DNA of 64,000 nucleotides from positions 1 to 64,000 of IMG/VR virus record IMGVR_UViG_3300042154_002686; one strand, 5' to 3'. Every line of letters starts with the position of its first letter. Positions within the stretch are counted from its first letter, which is position 1. This DNA comes from a virus. The position numbers were made by a program, and so were the translations under genes. Under the pieces are notes generated by a model, which saw only the letters and a program-made list of their open reading frames with translations, was not told the origin of the DNA and searched no databases. Shown here in pieces: positions 37,666 to 47,113 of the stretch.

Positions 37666-39696
37666 TTAGCGTCTATACTTCACCCCGACCCAGCATTGAG
37701 AGCGATTGTCCCATATGATGATGGGATTGGACGAGGACAGTCGGATAAGGTGAGCGACCACATCCACAGCCGTAGCCATACCAACCCTCATCCTCTCCAT
37801 CGTTAGAGCCACCAGAGGGCTCTGGATGGGGTCTGCGAGGTGTTGGGTGGGCTCTATGTCCACCATCTTGTTGAGGTCAGCCAAAGAGAAGTTAGCCATG
37901 GTGTTCTCGTCATTGAGTTCCCACAGGATACGACCCTCGGCATGTCTAAGATTGAGCATGACGGTGGACTTCCCGTCCTTGTCCTTAAGGCCAGCCCGCT
38001 TGCCACGCTTGGTCAGCACCAGTTCAAAGAATGGCTTCATCTTGTCGGTTCTCCGAAGCACGGCAACCTCTCGACTCCAGTTTACTAACTCAGAACTTCC
38101 CAGACCGCTGTATGCGAGGTCAGAGATGGAGGCCGCTGATGCGTCCTCCTTTGCTTTTGGTTTGCCAGTGTGGTGAAGCCAAATCCAGACGACCTTGGTT
38201 TCAAGGAGGACGGGCTGAATCCAGTTGCGGAGGAACTGAGACGCATACGCTTGGTTAGACACATCCCCACCTGCGAAGGAGAGGAGAGGGTCTGCGAAGA
38301 AGAAGTCTGCATTGTTATGGACGATGAGTTTGCGGGCTTGCTTCACAAACGCTTCCCCAACCTTGACGGACTCACGATAGAACTTTATATTTGAACGAAG
38401 TAGAGTCTTCTCTTCATCACTCAAGTCCATGGAGCCGACAATGCCCTTGAAGGCTTCGGCCAAGTCTCCCGTATCGTTCTCCGCTTGCATCACGATGCAC
38501 TTGAACGGACGGGTGACCTCAATGGAGAAGAAGGGACGACCGATTGCCAGCATGATTGCCATTTGCATCAAGAAGGACGACTTGCCGATACCCGACTGAC
38601 CGATGATGGACAGAGAGCCCCCTTGACATAGCCAACGGTTTCCCAATACGGTAGTGGGGTCGTTCTCCGTATTGTAGTTCTCCAAGTCATCTACGGTGAT
38701 TTCGTCTGGGACTTCACTGGACTCAAGATAAGAGACCCAGTTGTCCCAAGAGTCAGCCCCGACATTGAGAGCCACAATCCTCTGCTCCTTCTCGCCACGA
38801 TACACGCCACCGAGACGAGACCAGCGAGAGGGGTTCTTGGTCATCTCGTCTGGTTCGTAGTCGGAGAGGTAGTCGAACACCGCCTGTCTGCGGAGTCGCC
38901 ATTCATTTGAGTCCTTGGCATCGACACGCACCCAAGCATGCAGGGACTTGCCTCCCGAGTCGATGATTGCACCGATGGGGAGGTTGGACTGTTTGAAGAT
39001 TGCGAACTGCTCCTCCTTTGGGCGAGTGTCGAACTCGACAAGGACATAGCGATGGATTGAGACAGAGTCGTCTCGACCAGAGTAGTCACCCTCAAGGATT
39101 GGGTTGATGCGGATGTACGCACCTTGTGGCTTGTTCTTATAAAGTTCGTTGTCGGACGGAGACGAGCCGAAGTAACGGTCAAGCCACCATTGGACGGTTT
39201 GGAATGTTCCCTTGGAGGCGGGGAACCAGCGACCATCTTCATCCTGCCCTGCCTCGTTAGTAATGCAGACAATCTCCTCTGGCTTGAAGCAGTTGAGGAG
39301 CAGTTGCTCTGTCGTGAAGGACTCCGTCTCGGGGACATGACGAGCGTTAGCCAGATTGACCTTGAACTTGCCAGATTGAGTAACGGTCTGGCTCGGGAGC
39401 ATCCTGCGAGGCTCAAGGTTTGCATTGTCATCCAGCATCCAGCCACGGGGCTTGGAGTGGGGGGTGTTGTATGCGTCCTTAATCTTATGCTTCAACTCAC
39501 GGTCACTCCAAGGAGGGGTGCACTTGAGATTGTAAGCAGACATAAGAGCAGTCGTCTCAACCTCTGCCAGATTAAAGCCGTGTGCTAACGCAACGGCTAA
39601 AGCAAAGGTTTGAGAGTGACCGCCCGAACCAGCGATTGCTGGTGGCATGGCGGAAGCATATCGACTTGCCCGCTCATAAGGAGATAGTGGTGGCAT
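37666..39696 (-). CDS. primase-helicase (primase plus AAA_25/RepA-type helicase)
   Basis: LVEFD, DSGGKSLHAW primase motifs; GQSGIGKS Walker A; LHHTGK. Confidence 0.88.
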   Translation of the reverse strand: MPPLSPYERASRYASAMPPAIAGSGGHSQTFALAVALAHGFNLAEVETTALMSAYNLKCTPPWSDRELKHKIKDAYNTPHSKPRGWMLDDNANLEPRRMLPSQTVTQSGKFKVNLANARHVPETESFTTEQLLLNCFKPEEIVCITNEAGQDEDGRWFPASKGTFQTVQWWLDRYFGSSPSDNELYKNKPQGAYIRINPILEGDYSGRDDSVSIHRYVLVEFDTRPKEEQFAIFKQSNLPIGAIIDSGGKSLHAWVRVDAKDSNEWRLRRQAVFDYLSDYEPDEMTKNPSRWSRLGGVYRGEKEQRIVALNVGADSWDNWVSYLESSEVPDEITVDDLENYNTENDPTTVLGNRWLCQGGSLSIIGQSGIGKSSFLMQMAIMLAIGRPFFSIEVTRPFKCIVMQAENDTGDLAEAFKGIVGSMDLSDEEKTLLRSNIKFYRESVKVGEAFVKQARKLIVHNNADFFFADPLLSFAGGDVSNQAYASQFLRNWIQPVLLETKVVWIWLHHTGKPKAKEDASAASISDLAYSGLGSSELVNWSREVAVLRRTDKMKPFFELVLTKRGKRAGLKDKDGKSTVMLNLRHAEGRILWELNDENTMANFSLADLNKMVDIEPTQHLADPIQSPLVALTMERMRVGMATAVDVVAHLIRLSSSNPIIIWDNRSQCWVGVKYRR

Positions 39697-39752
39697 TTTT
39701 GTGGTGTCCGCACATAATGCCCAACCACTTCCTTAAGTCAAGACAGAAACAC

Positions 39753-40229
39753 TTACAGGAACAAGTCTCTGCTGTCTTCCTTCGCCTTAGCCTCACGCTG
39801 ACGCTTCATCTTGCAAGCGAATAGCGAAGAGTCAGAAACCGCATCATTAAACAGTTTCCGAGACCACCGCCAAGCAGACTTTGTAAACGCAGGGGGAAGG
39901 TTGTATCTCAGCCCCCAAAGACTAATGCTGTCAGACTTTTCTTTATAGAATAAGGCATCATCAATAGACTGCTTATCAACCCACTTGTAGACTCCGACCC
40001 AAACATTAACTTCATTCAGTTCAATGTTCTTAAATACAATAACGACCTTTACCGTGTCTTCGGTAAAGTCGGTTGTAATTCTGGCTTCATACATTTCGCC
40101 AGACTCTTCATCTTGACCTCTAAGAACCTTAAGTCCTTCTTCATCAAGGTGAAACAAATCCCAGCCATGCGGATTGCGTTCCTGTTCAACGGGGTCACGC
40201 TCAGAGTGATGTTCAAAAGGGTCGGTCAT
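39753..40229 (-). CDS. hypothetical protein
   Basis: start moved to MTDPF (40229), overlapping upstream gene end. Confidence 0.55.
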   Translation of the reverse strand: MTDPFEHHSERDPVEQERNPHGWDLFHLDEEGLKVLRGQDEESGEMYEARITTDFTEDTVKVVIVFKNIELNEVNVWVGVYKWVDKQSIDDALFYKEKSDSISLWGLRYNLPPAFTKSAWRWSRKLFNDAVSDSSLFACKMKRQREAKAKEDSRDLFL

Positions 40230-40584
40230 CTTCAGACGACTCCTTTCTTGCTTGGAATGTCTTCTTTTGTGGATAAGAAGGAGAGCCGCCCTCTGCGTTC
40301 TTCTTGGCTTTCCATTCTTGGTAGTCGGCCTCCTTAATGGCTTCAGCGGTAATGCTGTCATCCGCACCATTGTAAACAAGTTGGTCTGGGGAAACCCAGA
40401 TTTTCTCGCCTGTTTCGTGCTCTCCGTTGTATTCAACGGTTATGGCCTTGATGCCAAACTTGGTTTGGATGCCAGCCTTGATGACCAGAACCGTCTTTCC
40501 CGTAAACTTACCGCTTTTAACGGTGCAGATGTTCGAGAAAGCGAGGTCGTGGAGGGACTCGTTTTCGTTTTCGTATTCGCTCAT
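40213..40584 (-). CDS. hypothetical protein (SH3/KOW-like, acidic tail)
   Basis: VKSGKFTGKTVLVI; own promoter. Confidence 0.6.
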   Translation of the reverse strand: MSEYENENESLHDLAFSNICTVKSGKFTGKTVLVIKAGIQTKFGIKAITVEYNGEHETGEKIWVSPDQLVYNGADDSITAEAIKEADYQEWKAKKNAEGGSPSYPQKKTFQARKESSEDDRPF

Positions 40585-40654
40585 ATTATTGGTTGTGCAG
40601 GGTCATGTATGCAGGTTTCCCCGCCCTTTGCAAGAAGAAAGAAGCAATTGACAG

Positions 40655-42478
40655 TTATGACCCAATGTAGTACCCGCCATTGCCGTCAGCCACATAGAGT
40701 GTGACTATGGTCGTGCCAGTCGCATCGTCATAATATTCATTCATAACGATAACTCGGCCAGACTCGAAATATGTTTGGTTCAATACGCTGTCATAGACCC
40801 CGCAACTTCCGTCTGCGTATTCAACATACTCTTCGTCACCATGCCAATATAAGTTTCCGAGTTCTGAAATAAAAATCTGCATCTCTCTAAACCCACTGTT
40901 GCCTGTCGGCAGTCCACTTTCTGGACACGGCTCGCTATAACTCCAGTAGCACCCGTCATATGTCCAGCCAGTCTCTCCGCTGTGAAGCGTGGAGTCTTCG
41001 CAATCGCCACCGCAGTTTCCATTTCCCTCTGAATAGTATCCGCAACTTCCGTCATGGTAGTAATTATTGCACTCGTCATCGTATGCAAACTGTCCAGACG
41101 GGGGGCAACCGCCCCCAGTGTACTCCCCTTGATAGAATGAGCCAACTCCATCTGAGTAGTAGTTGTAATCGTTGCAGTTGCCGACTAACTGCCCAGATGA
41201 GTAATAATTGTTTCCGCTTTCAGAATAACTTCCGCAATTTCCGTCAGCGTAAACATTGTATGTGCTCTGTCCGACTATCCAACTGCCAGAGCATGGATTG
41301 CTTACATATATATCAGAACTGCTTGACTCATACGATGTTCCTGCTGAGTCACAGGCGGGTATTTCAACGGTGTAGTAACTTCCAGCACCGTCAGAGTAAT
41401 AGTTGTAGTTTTCGTTAGAACCGTATGATGTTCCTTCTGGGGTATAATTCCACTCAGACCATTCACCGAATGTTTCATTGGCAAACTTTTCTCTTGTTCT
41501 TGTTCGGCTAACAACTTCTGTCCATCCAAGATTTAACTTTGTCTCTTCGCCTTCGTATCCAATAAGTTTTGCAACTGGGTACACATACCCAATTCCGTCT
41601 GAATAGAAATTAAACATCTCGTCATCCGTAACAAATGTATCAACTGGAATATATTCTGTCCCTGTTGTCTCTTCTGTTGTTCCGCAGTTGCCGTCAGCAA
41701 CAACATTGAATGTTCTTGTTCCAATCTGATATTCTTGTCCAGAGATTGTCACCATGATTGGTGAACTGTTTGCTTGGTCTAGGATTGTTCCAGAAGGGTC
41801 GCAGGTTTCGTCTGGAACATGGTCTTCGTAGTATCCGCCCTCTCCGTCAGAGTAATAGTTGTAGTTGCCCTGTGAGCCGAGCAGTTCTCCCGATGGCACG
41901 AAGGTAAGAGCCGTGTTTGGCTGTGTAGTGCCACAGTCTCCATCAGCAACGATATTATATGTTGCGTTACCAACGATGTAGTAGACTCCGTTGATGTGGA
42001 TGCCGAAGTCTGCGTTGAGACCAGTTTGCAGTATTGTGCCAAGAAGCGGGCACGGACCAAACCCGATGTTCTGTACTGTCGTAAAGGTCATCCCCTTGCT
42101 TCCTCCGCTGGTCAAGCCAGTGCTTGAGATGGGGGGTGCGGGTGGTGGTAGTATAACATTGTCAGTCCACTGGGCTGGGTGAGAGGCTGGCGTGTAGCCA
42201 GCCGCACCGATGAAGTTGATGAGTTGATAGACTTTCCCTTGGAACCGAACCTTTGCTCCAGTTCCATATGTCGTTCCATTGTCGTATTCTGGGACGGCCT
42301 CACTGCCGTCTCTCAATGACCAACTCTTCCTTGCTGACGGATACAGGAAAGCCACCCCGTCTGTCACGATTGCCTTATAAGCATCTCTGGCTTCAGCCAT
42401 GGTAATGAACTGCTTTGCATAGCCACTCCCGTCCGCATTGACTACGATAATGAGAGTATGGTCTGGCCTGTAAGACAT
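40655..42478 (-). CDS. putative virion surface protein: shared N-domain, CBM5/12-like module, ADGxCG/YYSDG repeats
   Basis: YDNGTTYGTGAKVRFQGKVY...W; repeated VADGNCG and YNYYSDG. Confidence 0.75.
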   Translation of the reverse strand: MSYRPDHTLIIVVNADGSGYAKQFITMAEARDAYKAIVTDGVAFLYPSARKSWSLRDGSEAVPEYDNGTTYGTGAKVRFQGKVYQLINFIGAAGYTPASHPAQWTDNVILPPPAPPISSTGLTSGGSKGMTFTTVQNIGFGPCPLLGTILQTGLNADFGIHINGVYYIVGNATYNIVADGDCGTTQPNTALTFVPSGELLGSQGNYNYYSDGEGGYYEDHVPDETCDPSGTILDQANSSPIMVTISGQEYQIGTRTFNVVADGNCGTTEETTGTEYIPVDTFVTDDEMFNFYSDGIGYVYPVAKLIGYEGEETKLNLGWTEVVSRTRTREKFANETFGEWSEWNYTPEGTSYGSNENYNYYSDGAGSYYTVEIPACDSAGTSYESSSSDIYVSNPCSGSWIVGQSTYNVYADGNCGSYSESGNNYYSSGQLVGNCNDYNYYSDGVGSFYQGEYTGGGCPPSGQFAYDDECNNYYHDGSCGYYSEGNGNCGGDCEDSTLHSGETGWTYDGCYWSYSEPCPESGLPTGNSGFREMQIFISELGNLYWHGDEEYVEYADGSCGVYDSVLNQTYFESGRVIVMNEYYDDATGTTIVTLYVADGNGGYYIGS

Positions 42479-42678
42479 TATAATGTGACTTCTACTGGTG
42501 ACGGATTGTCTACTGACGACTTTCTCTTGGTTGGAATAAAGTACATGTATGCGTCCTTGCCATCCGCAAGGGCTTGTCTGTATTCAAGGACACATTCCGT
42601 TGAGTCCTCAAACTGCTTCACCTTTATGGTGTCGTCAAGGTTTACTATAATTAAAGTAGAATACTTTTTGATGTACAT
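42478..42678 (-). CDS. small protein of the shared-domain family
   Basis: YSTLIIVN...ALADGKDAYMYFIP. Confidence 0.65.
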   Translation of the reverse strand: MYIKKYSTLIIVNLDDTIKVKQFEDSTECVLEYRQALADGKDAYMYFIPTKRKSSVDNPSPVEVTL

Positions 42679-42873
42679 GGACAAGGTGGCTATCGCCACC
42701 TTTGTTGAGTGTCTACCGTCATTGTTTCTTTCTCAAACGCTTCCGTTCTTATGAAATAAGTAAAAATATTATTGATGTATTTGTTTTTAGAGTCTTCGGG
42801 TAGGTGCGAAGCACGGTCGATTTCGGAAAATAGTGCTCGCATCGGATACCCCCTGCCGTAGTGTCATGGAGCA

Positions 42874-43032
42874 ATGCGATACAACATCCGAAAGGGCGAA
42901 GGTTACATCCACTACATCATCGACACCCGCACCGACCGCAGGGTCAAGTTGGTCTATGGCTGGGAGATGGCTCTGAAGGTCTGCCGAGAATACAACCTCT
43001 TCTGGGCTGAGTTCAAGAAGACCAACTCGTAA
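42874..43032 (+). CDS. cassette ORF, 52 aa
   Basis: MRYNIRKGEGYIHY...; promoter and terminator flanks. Confidence 0.65.
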   Translation: MRYNIRKGEGYIHYIIDTRTDRRVKLVYGWEMALKVCREYNLFWAEFKKTNS

Positions 43033-43166
43033 GAACTAACGAGCCCCCACGGGGGCTCTTTTTTTTGACCTGCGAGGTAGGCCGTTGAGGGCATCAAATT
43101 GATATTGCACATGACCCCTCTCGCCCTCACTCTCATCTTATCAGCAACCCGCCACCCCTCCCGCAC

Positions 43167-43301
43167 ATGACCATCCTCGCCCTCGCCCTCGCCCTCGCTT
43201 ACGCCCTCGCCCTCGGCTGGCTTCTCCGTAAGATGAAGACCACCCCTGCCCTCCGCTCCGACCGCTCCGACCGAGTGACCATCTTCGGAGACAACCGCTA
43301 A
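43167..43301 (+). CDS. 44-aa single-TM peptide
   Basis: MTILALALALAYALALGWLLRK... Confidence 0.55.
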   Translation: MTILALALALAYALALGWLLRKMKTTPALRSDRSDRVTIFGDNR

Positions 43302-43335
43302 CCCCTCTCACCCACCCACCCACCCACCCACGCAC

Positions 43336-43530
43336 ATGACCCACGCCACCGCCACCGCCACCGTTAAGACCGACTGGGACTCCCTCCCCCTCGGTGAAGA
43401 CCTCTCCCACCTGTGCGGAGGTCGTAACAAGCACAAGACCGCCACCGAGGTGACCGACCTCGCCCCCTCGGGCGATGGCTGGAACATCCCCACCGCCTCG
43501 GCCATCCTCTCCGACCCCACCCTCGGCTAA
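43336..43530 (+). CDS. cassette ORF, paralogue of 47568-47768
   Basis: KTDWDSLPLGEDLSHLCGGRNKH. Confidence 0.7.
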   Translation: MTHATATATVKTDWDSLPLGEDLSHLCGGRNKHKTATEVTDLAPSGDGWNIPTASAILSDPTLG

Positions 43531-43573
43531 CCACCGAGGCAACCCCTCCAACCCCTCCAACCCTCCCACGCAC

Positions 43574-43792
43574 ATGACCACCGCCACCGCCCTCCCCGCC
43601 CTCCCGCCCGTCCTCCGCATCTCCCGCCCGACTCCTCTGACCACCGTCTGGTCTTATCTGGCCTCTGTCTCGGACGGAGACCGCATCGTCTTCCCCTGCG
43701 GTCTGCGGGTGACGGTCTCCGTCCGCAACCGCATGACCCTCGCCCTCATCATGGCGAAGCGAGGTCTCCGAGGCACGAAGCGAAACAGGTGA
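43574..43792 (+). CDS. cassette ORF
   Basis: MTTATALPALPP...; same CACGCACATG start context as 43336. Confidence 0.6.
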   Translation: MTTATALPALPPVLRISRPTPLTTVWSYLASVSDGDRIVFPCGLRVTVSVRNRMTLALIMAKRGLRGTKRNR

Positions 43793-43821
43793 ACGCCTGT
43801 TCACGGTGAACGAAAGTTCAC
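43789..43821. promoter_or_regulatory. tandem GTGAAC-N4-GTTCAC palindromes
   Basis: two 16-bp dyads; also at 45356, 46089, 49408. Confidence 0.7.
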
Positions 43822-43904
43822 TCTGCGGTAGGTGCGGCGGTGCGTAAATTTCGCCACCGAATTGTATCGCACAATGCGACCACATCGCCATGTTCATAGA
43901 TGCC

Positions 43905-44045
43905 ATGAAGAAGCCCCCCCAGCCCAAGAAGCCCAAGACCGCCAAGACCACCAAGCCCCTCACGGGCAAGGAACTCGCCAAGGAGGTGAACAAGTATCAA
44001 GGACTCGCCCGAGTCTCTCGGATGCTCGGCAACCTCTGGTCGTAA
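43905..44045 (+). CDS. basic cassette peptide, 46 aa
   Basis: MKKPPQPKKPKTAKTTKPLTGKELAKEVNK... Confidence 0.6.
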   Translation: MKKPPQPKKPKTAKTTKPLTGKELAKEVNKYQGLARVSRMLGNLWS

Positions 44046-44178
44046 GAACTACGGAGCCCCTGCGGGGGCTCCCTTTTTCGCAATGCGGTAGGTCGGTTAA
44101 TTGACCGAAATCAGTCGAATTATTTTCTGGTATCAGACCGTCAAATCGCTACATTCATCTTCGCACCCAATAAACGCC

Positions 44179-44415
44179 ATGTCTCATAAACTCAATGTCC
44201 TCACCCTCGCCCGCACGAACGCCCTCGCCCGCATCCGCAATGTTGGCGACAACATCGCTGATGCCAAGGAGAACCTTCGCCTCTCCGTCCTCAACCACGG
44301 AACTGGAAGCAAGGCGTGGAACTTCTGGAAGTCCGAACTCGCTCGCCATGACAGCGAGTGGACTGAAGTCTGCAACGAACTGCGGGAAATCGACTGGGAA
44401 CTCGGAAACAAGTAA
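44179..44415 (+). CDS. cassette ORF
   Basis: cassette architecture. Confidence 0.7.
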   Translation: MSHKLNVLTLARTNALARIRNVGDNIADAKENLRLSVLNHGTGSKAWNFWKSELARHDSEWTEVCNELREIDWELGNK

Positions 44416-44534
44416 GACGAAACGGGGAGCGAGTGCTCCCCTTTTTTGTGCCCCGAGGGTAGGCCGACCAGTGCGTAGATTTCGACAAAGATTTTGGTTT
44501 ACTCGGACGATGGTTCAACTACTGTGATGGTCTC

Positions 44535-44702
44535 ATGCAACCCGCTCCCCTGCCCGACCTCACTTACCTCTACATGCTCTCCGTTGAACTTGGAGACATT
44601 GCCCAATACTGCGACCGTGGTTCGCCCGAAGACCTCGCTTATCAGAAGGCGAAGCAAGACTACCTCGATGCGGTCTTCATGGGCGAAGACGAAGAGGGCT
44701 AA
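44535..44702 (+). CDS. acidic cassette ORF, 55 aa
   Basis: MQPAPLPDLTYLYML...GEDEEG; leaderless start. Confidence 0.65.
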   Translation: MQPAPLPDLTYLYMLSVELGDIAQYCDRGSPEDLAYQKAKQDYLDAVFMGEDEEG

Positions 44703-44847
44703 AGCCCCCGCCCGAAAGGAGTGAGAGACCCCAAGCGGGTCTCTCTTTTTCGCTCTGCGGATAGGCCGACCAATTGACCGAAATCAGTCGCACTTTGTTC
44801 TGGTATCCTGTCGGGTTTGTGCTACTGTGTCCTTGTTCCCAATACCC

Positions 44848-45048
44848 ATGATTACTAATGACCATACCGCCATCTGCTCCCGATACGCCCACCTCGGTGA
44901 CGCAGTCTGCTTTCGTCTCACCGCCATCGCCCGCACGATGCTCGTCATGCAGGGGCGACTTGCTCGCCTCGATAAGCGAGCGGGGGCTATGGCCGAACTT
45001 GCCCGATGCCGAGCCATGTGGTTCGAACTGACGGGGGAGAGGGTTTAA
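44848..45048 (+). CDS. cassette ORF
   Basis: cassette architecture. Confidence 0.6.
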   Translation: MITNDHTAICSRYAHLGDAVCFRLTAIARTMLVMQGRLARLDKRAGAMAELARCRAMWFELTGERV

Positions 45049-45173
45049 GACTCTCGCCCAGTTAGAACAGAAACGGAACCCATCGGGTTCCTTTTTTGTT
45101 CCCTGCGGGTAGGTCGCTACAACCGCCATTTTGCTCTCGACTTGGCCGATGCTTCTGCCACTCTGTTGGTCTT

Positions 45174-45359
45174 ATGACCTCCTCCTCCTCCCGCTCGCTG
45201 GCCCTCGCCCTCGCCTCGCACGAGGCCCACCTGCTCGACCTCGCCCTTCGCAGGGCCGAGTGCGTAGCCATGGGCCTCAATCCCGAGGACTATGTCCCCG
45301 CTGACCCCGTCTTTGACGAGGAGGACTATCGTCCCATCGTGCGGAAACGCTACGGGTGA
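45174..45359 (+). CDS. cassette ORF
   Basis: cassette architecture. Confidence 0.65.
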   Translation: MTSSSSRSLALALASHEAHLLDLALRRAECVAMGLNPEDYVPADPVFDEEDYRPIVRKRYG

Positions 45360-45389
45360 ACGCCCGTTCACTGGTGAACATTTGTTCAC
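45356..45389. promoter_or_regulatory. tandem GTGAAC-N4-GTTCAC palindromes
   Basis: seen directly. Confidence 0.7.
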
Positions 45390-45473
45390 TTCGTGGGTAG
45401 GCTGGCTCCTGCGTAAAATTGGGCAACGATTTGTATCGACCCAAGCCAAGGAATGACCACATTCATCTGTGCC

Positions 45474-45671
45474 ATGAAGAACGCATCCCTCCTCCCCCGC
45501 AACGCTCACCTCGCCATCAAGGAAGCCATCCTCGATGCTAAGGAAGCAAGGAACGAACTCAACCGCCTCGGCTCCCGCTACCACGGAATGTCCGAGAAGG
45601 TCGAAGAGCCCATCAAGAGCCTCGAAACCCTCATCGCCCGCCTCGAAGCGGTTCTCCCCAAGGCCGAGTGA
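45474..45671 (+). CDS. cassette ORF
   Basis: cassette architecture. Confidence 0.7.
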   Translation: MKNASLLPRNAHLAIKEAILDAKEARNELNRLGSRYHGMSEKVEEPIKSLETLIARLEAVLPKAE

Positions 45672-45803
45672 GGCCGAGGGTAAGAACCAGCGAGACCCCG
45701 AGTGGGGTCTCTTTTTTGGTCTGCGGGTAGGTCAGTTTGTGCATAGATTTAGACAAATAATTTCATCGACTATGAGCATCGGATAGCCACATTCACCTCT
45801 GCC

Positions 45804-46079
45804 ATGACGCACTCCTCCTCCCCCGCCTCGCCCGTGTTCCTCGTCACCGTTCAGTCCGTAGAATACTACGGTGAACGCTACTACAAGTTCAAGGGCGGGT
45901 TCAATGTCCTCGTCTCCACGGACAAGGACGCTACGGCCTTCGGCCTCGTCCTCGAATACCTTGTGGCGAACAAACTCGCCTCGGGCTACTACCCGAAGCA
46001 TGCCGAGCGGTTCGAGACCGAGGCAGATGCCCTCGCCACCCTCGACCCCGAATGGGAGACGGTCAGAGTCCGCCTCTGA
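45804..46079 (+). CDS. cassette ORF
   Basis: VEYYGERYYKFKGG; cassette architecture. Confidence 0.75.
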   Translation: MTHSSSPASPVFLVTVQSVEYYGERYYKFKGGFNVLVSTDKDATAFGLVLEYLVANKLASGYYPKHAERFETEADALATLDPEWETVRVRL

Positions 46080-46088
46080 GCGGAACAG

Positions 46089-46122
46089 GTGAACGGGTGT
46101 TCAGTAATGAACACTTGTTCAC
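46089..46122. promoter_or_regulatory. tandem TGAAC-N4-GTTCA palindromes
   Basis: seen directly. Confidence 0.7.
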
Positions 46123-46219
46123 TTCGTGGGTAGGCCGACTGGTGCTTAGATTTCGCCACCGAATTATCTCGATTTTTTTAAAACGACCCCCATAGTAATG
46201 GATGCATCAAGCAACCCAC

Positions 46220-46363
46220 ATGAACGACCTCCATAACAAAATCACCAAACTCGAAAACCGCCTCGCCAAGCGATGCCACCTCATCGGCCCTCGCTTCCGT
46301 GCCGCCCTCGAAAAGCGTCTCGAAGCAATGTATCAGCAGTTCAACGCCCGCCTCGCCAAGTAA
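46220..46363 (+). CDS. basic cassette peptide, 47 aa
   Basis: MNDLHNKITKLENRLAKR... Confidence 0.6.
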   Translation: MNDLHNKITKLENRLAKRCHLIGPRFRAALEKRLEAMYQQFNARLAK

Positions 46364-46486
46364 GGCGAAAGGACTAACCGCCCCCTCACGGGGGCTTTTT
46401 GTTCTCTTCGAGGGTAGGCCGATTAATTGACCGTTCGCTCATTAAAAACGAGTTGCGTCAGCACCCCCACCGTTTACCTTCATCTC

Positions 46487-46768
46487 ATGGCAATCACGCC
46501 CCACGGAGGTAAAACGAGCGACTCCTCCCGCTCTCCCACGGAAGTCTACCAGATGCTCGTCAGCATCTCGCAAGCCATCCGAGACGGTCGGAACGGCCTC
46601 GACCCCTTCGGCCACAAGTTGGCCGACCTCATGTCCGACCTCTTGGACGAAGTCCGAGACGAGGTCGAAGCGGCACGGAAGGAGGAACTAATCCTCCGAG
46701 CCAAGCGAGCGGCTCAAAACCTCTCCGACGACCTTCGGGCTCACGCTGTCGAAGAACACAGAGAGTAA
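46487..46768 (+). CDS. cassette ORF
   Basis: cassette architecture. Confidence 0.7.
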   Translation: MAITPHGGKTSDSSRSPTEVYQMLVSISQAIRDGRNGLDPFGHKLADLMSDLLDEVRDEVEAARKEELILRAKRAAQNLSDDLRAHAVEEHRE

Positions 46769-46888
46769 GAAGAACGGAGACCCTTCGGGGTCTCCTTTTT
46801 TTATTTCGTGGGTAGGCCGCCCCGTGCGTAGATTTCGACAAAGAATTTTGTTTACTTCGGTCACGAATTGACCACATTCATCTTTGCC

Positions 46889-47113
46889 ATGACGCACTCC
46901 CCCGCACTCGATGCCCTCCTCGAAACCAACCCCGCACTCTGGTTCGCTTACCAGAACCACGCCAACTACAAGGCCAAGGCCAAAGCCCACGAAGAAAAGA
47001 AGGAGTGGGCCAAGGCCACTTACTACCACGAACGCTCCATTAGCACTATCGGCTTCATCCACTCCATGGGCTACTCTGCCAAGAACATCGGCCAGCCCCG
47101 AGCAATCAAGTAA
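46889..47113 (+). CDS. cassette ORF
   Basis: cassette architecture. Confidence 0.7.
   Translation: MTHSPALDALLETNPALWFAYQNHANYKAKAKAHEEKKEWAKATYYHERSISTIGFIHSMGYSAKNIGQPRAIK

Larger units (their letters stand above)
9930..42716 (-). promoter_or_regulatory. dispersed candidate late-promoter motif RTWGACA-N5/6-CAA (about 12 copies)
   Basis: copies at 9930, 15224, 21669, 22127, 23316, 25345, 25922, 26955, 29303, 30333 (N7), 32271, 42702, all upstream of structural genes. Confidence 0.65.

Noticed and set aside
43905-44045. Possible frameshift at the C-run near 43914
   Set aside because: Seven C's keep the frame open (MKKPPQPKK...).
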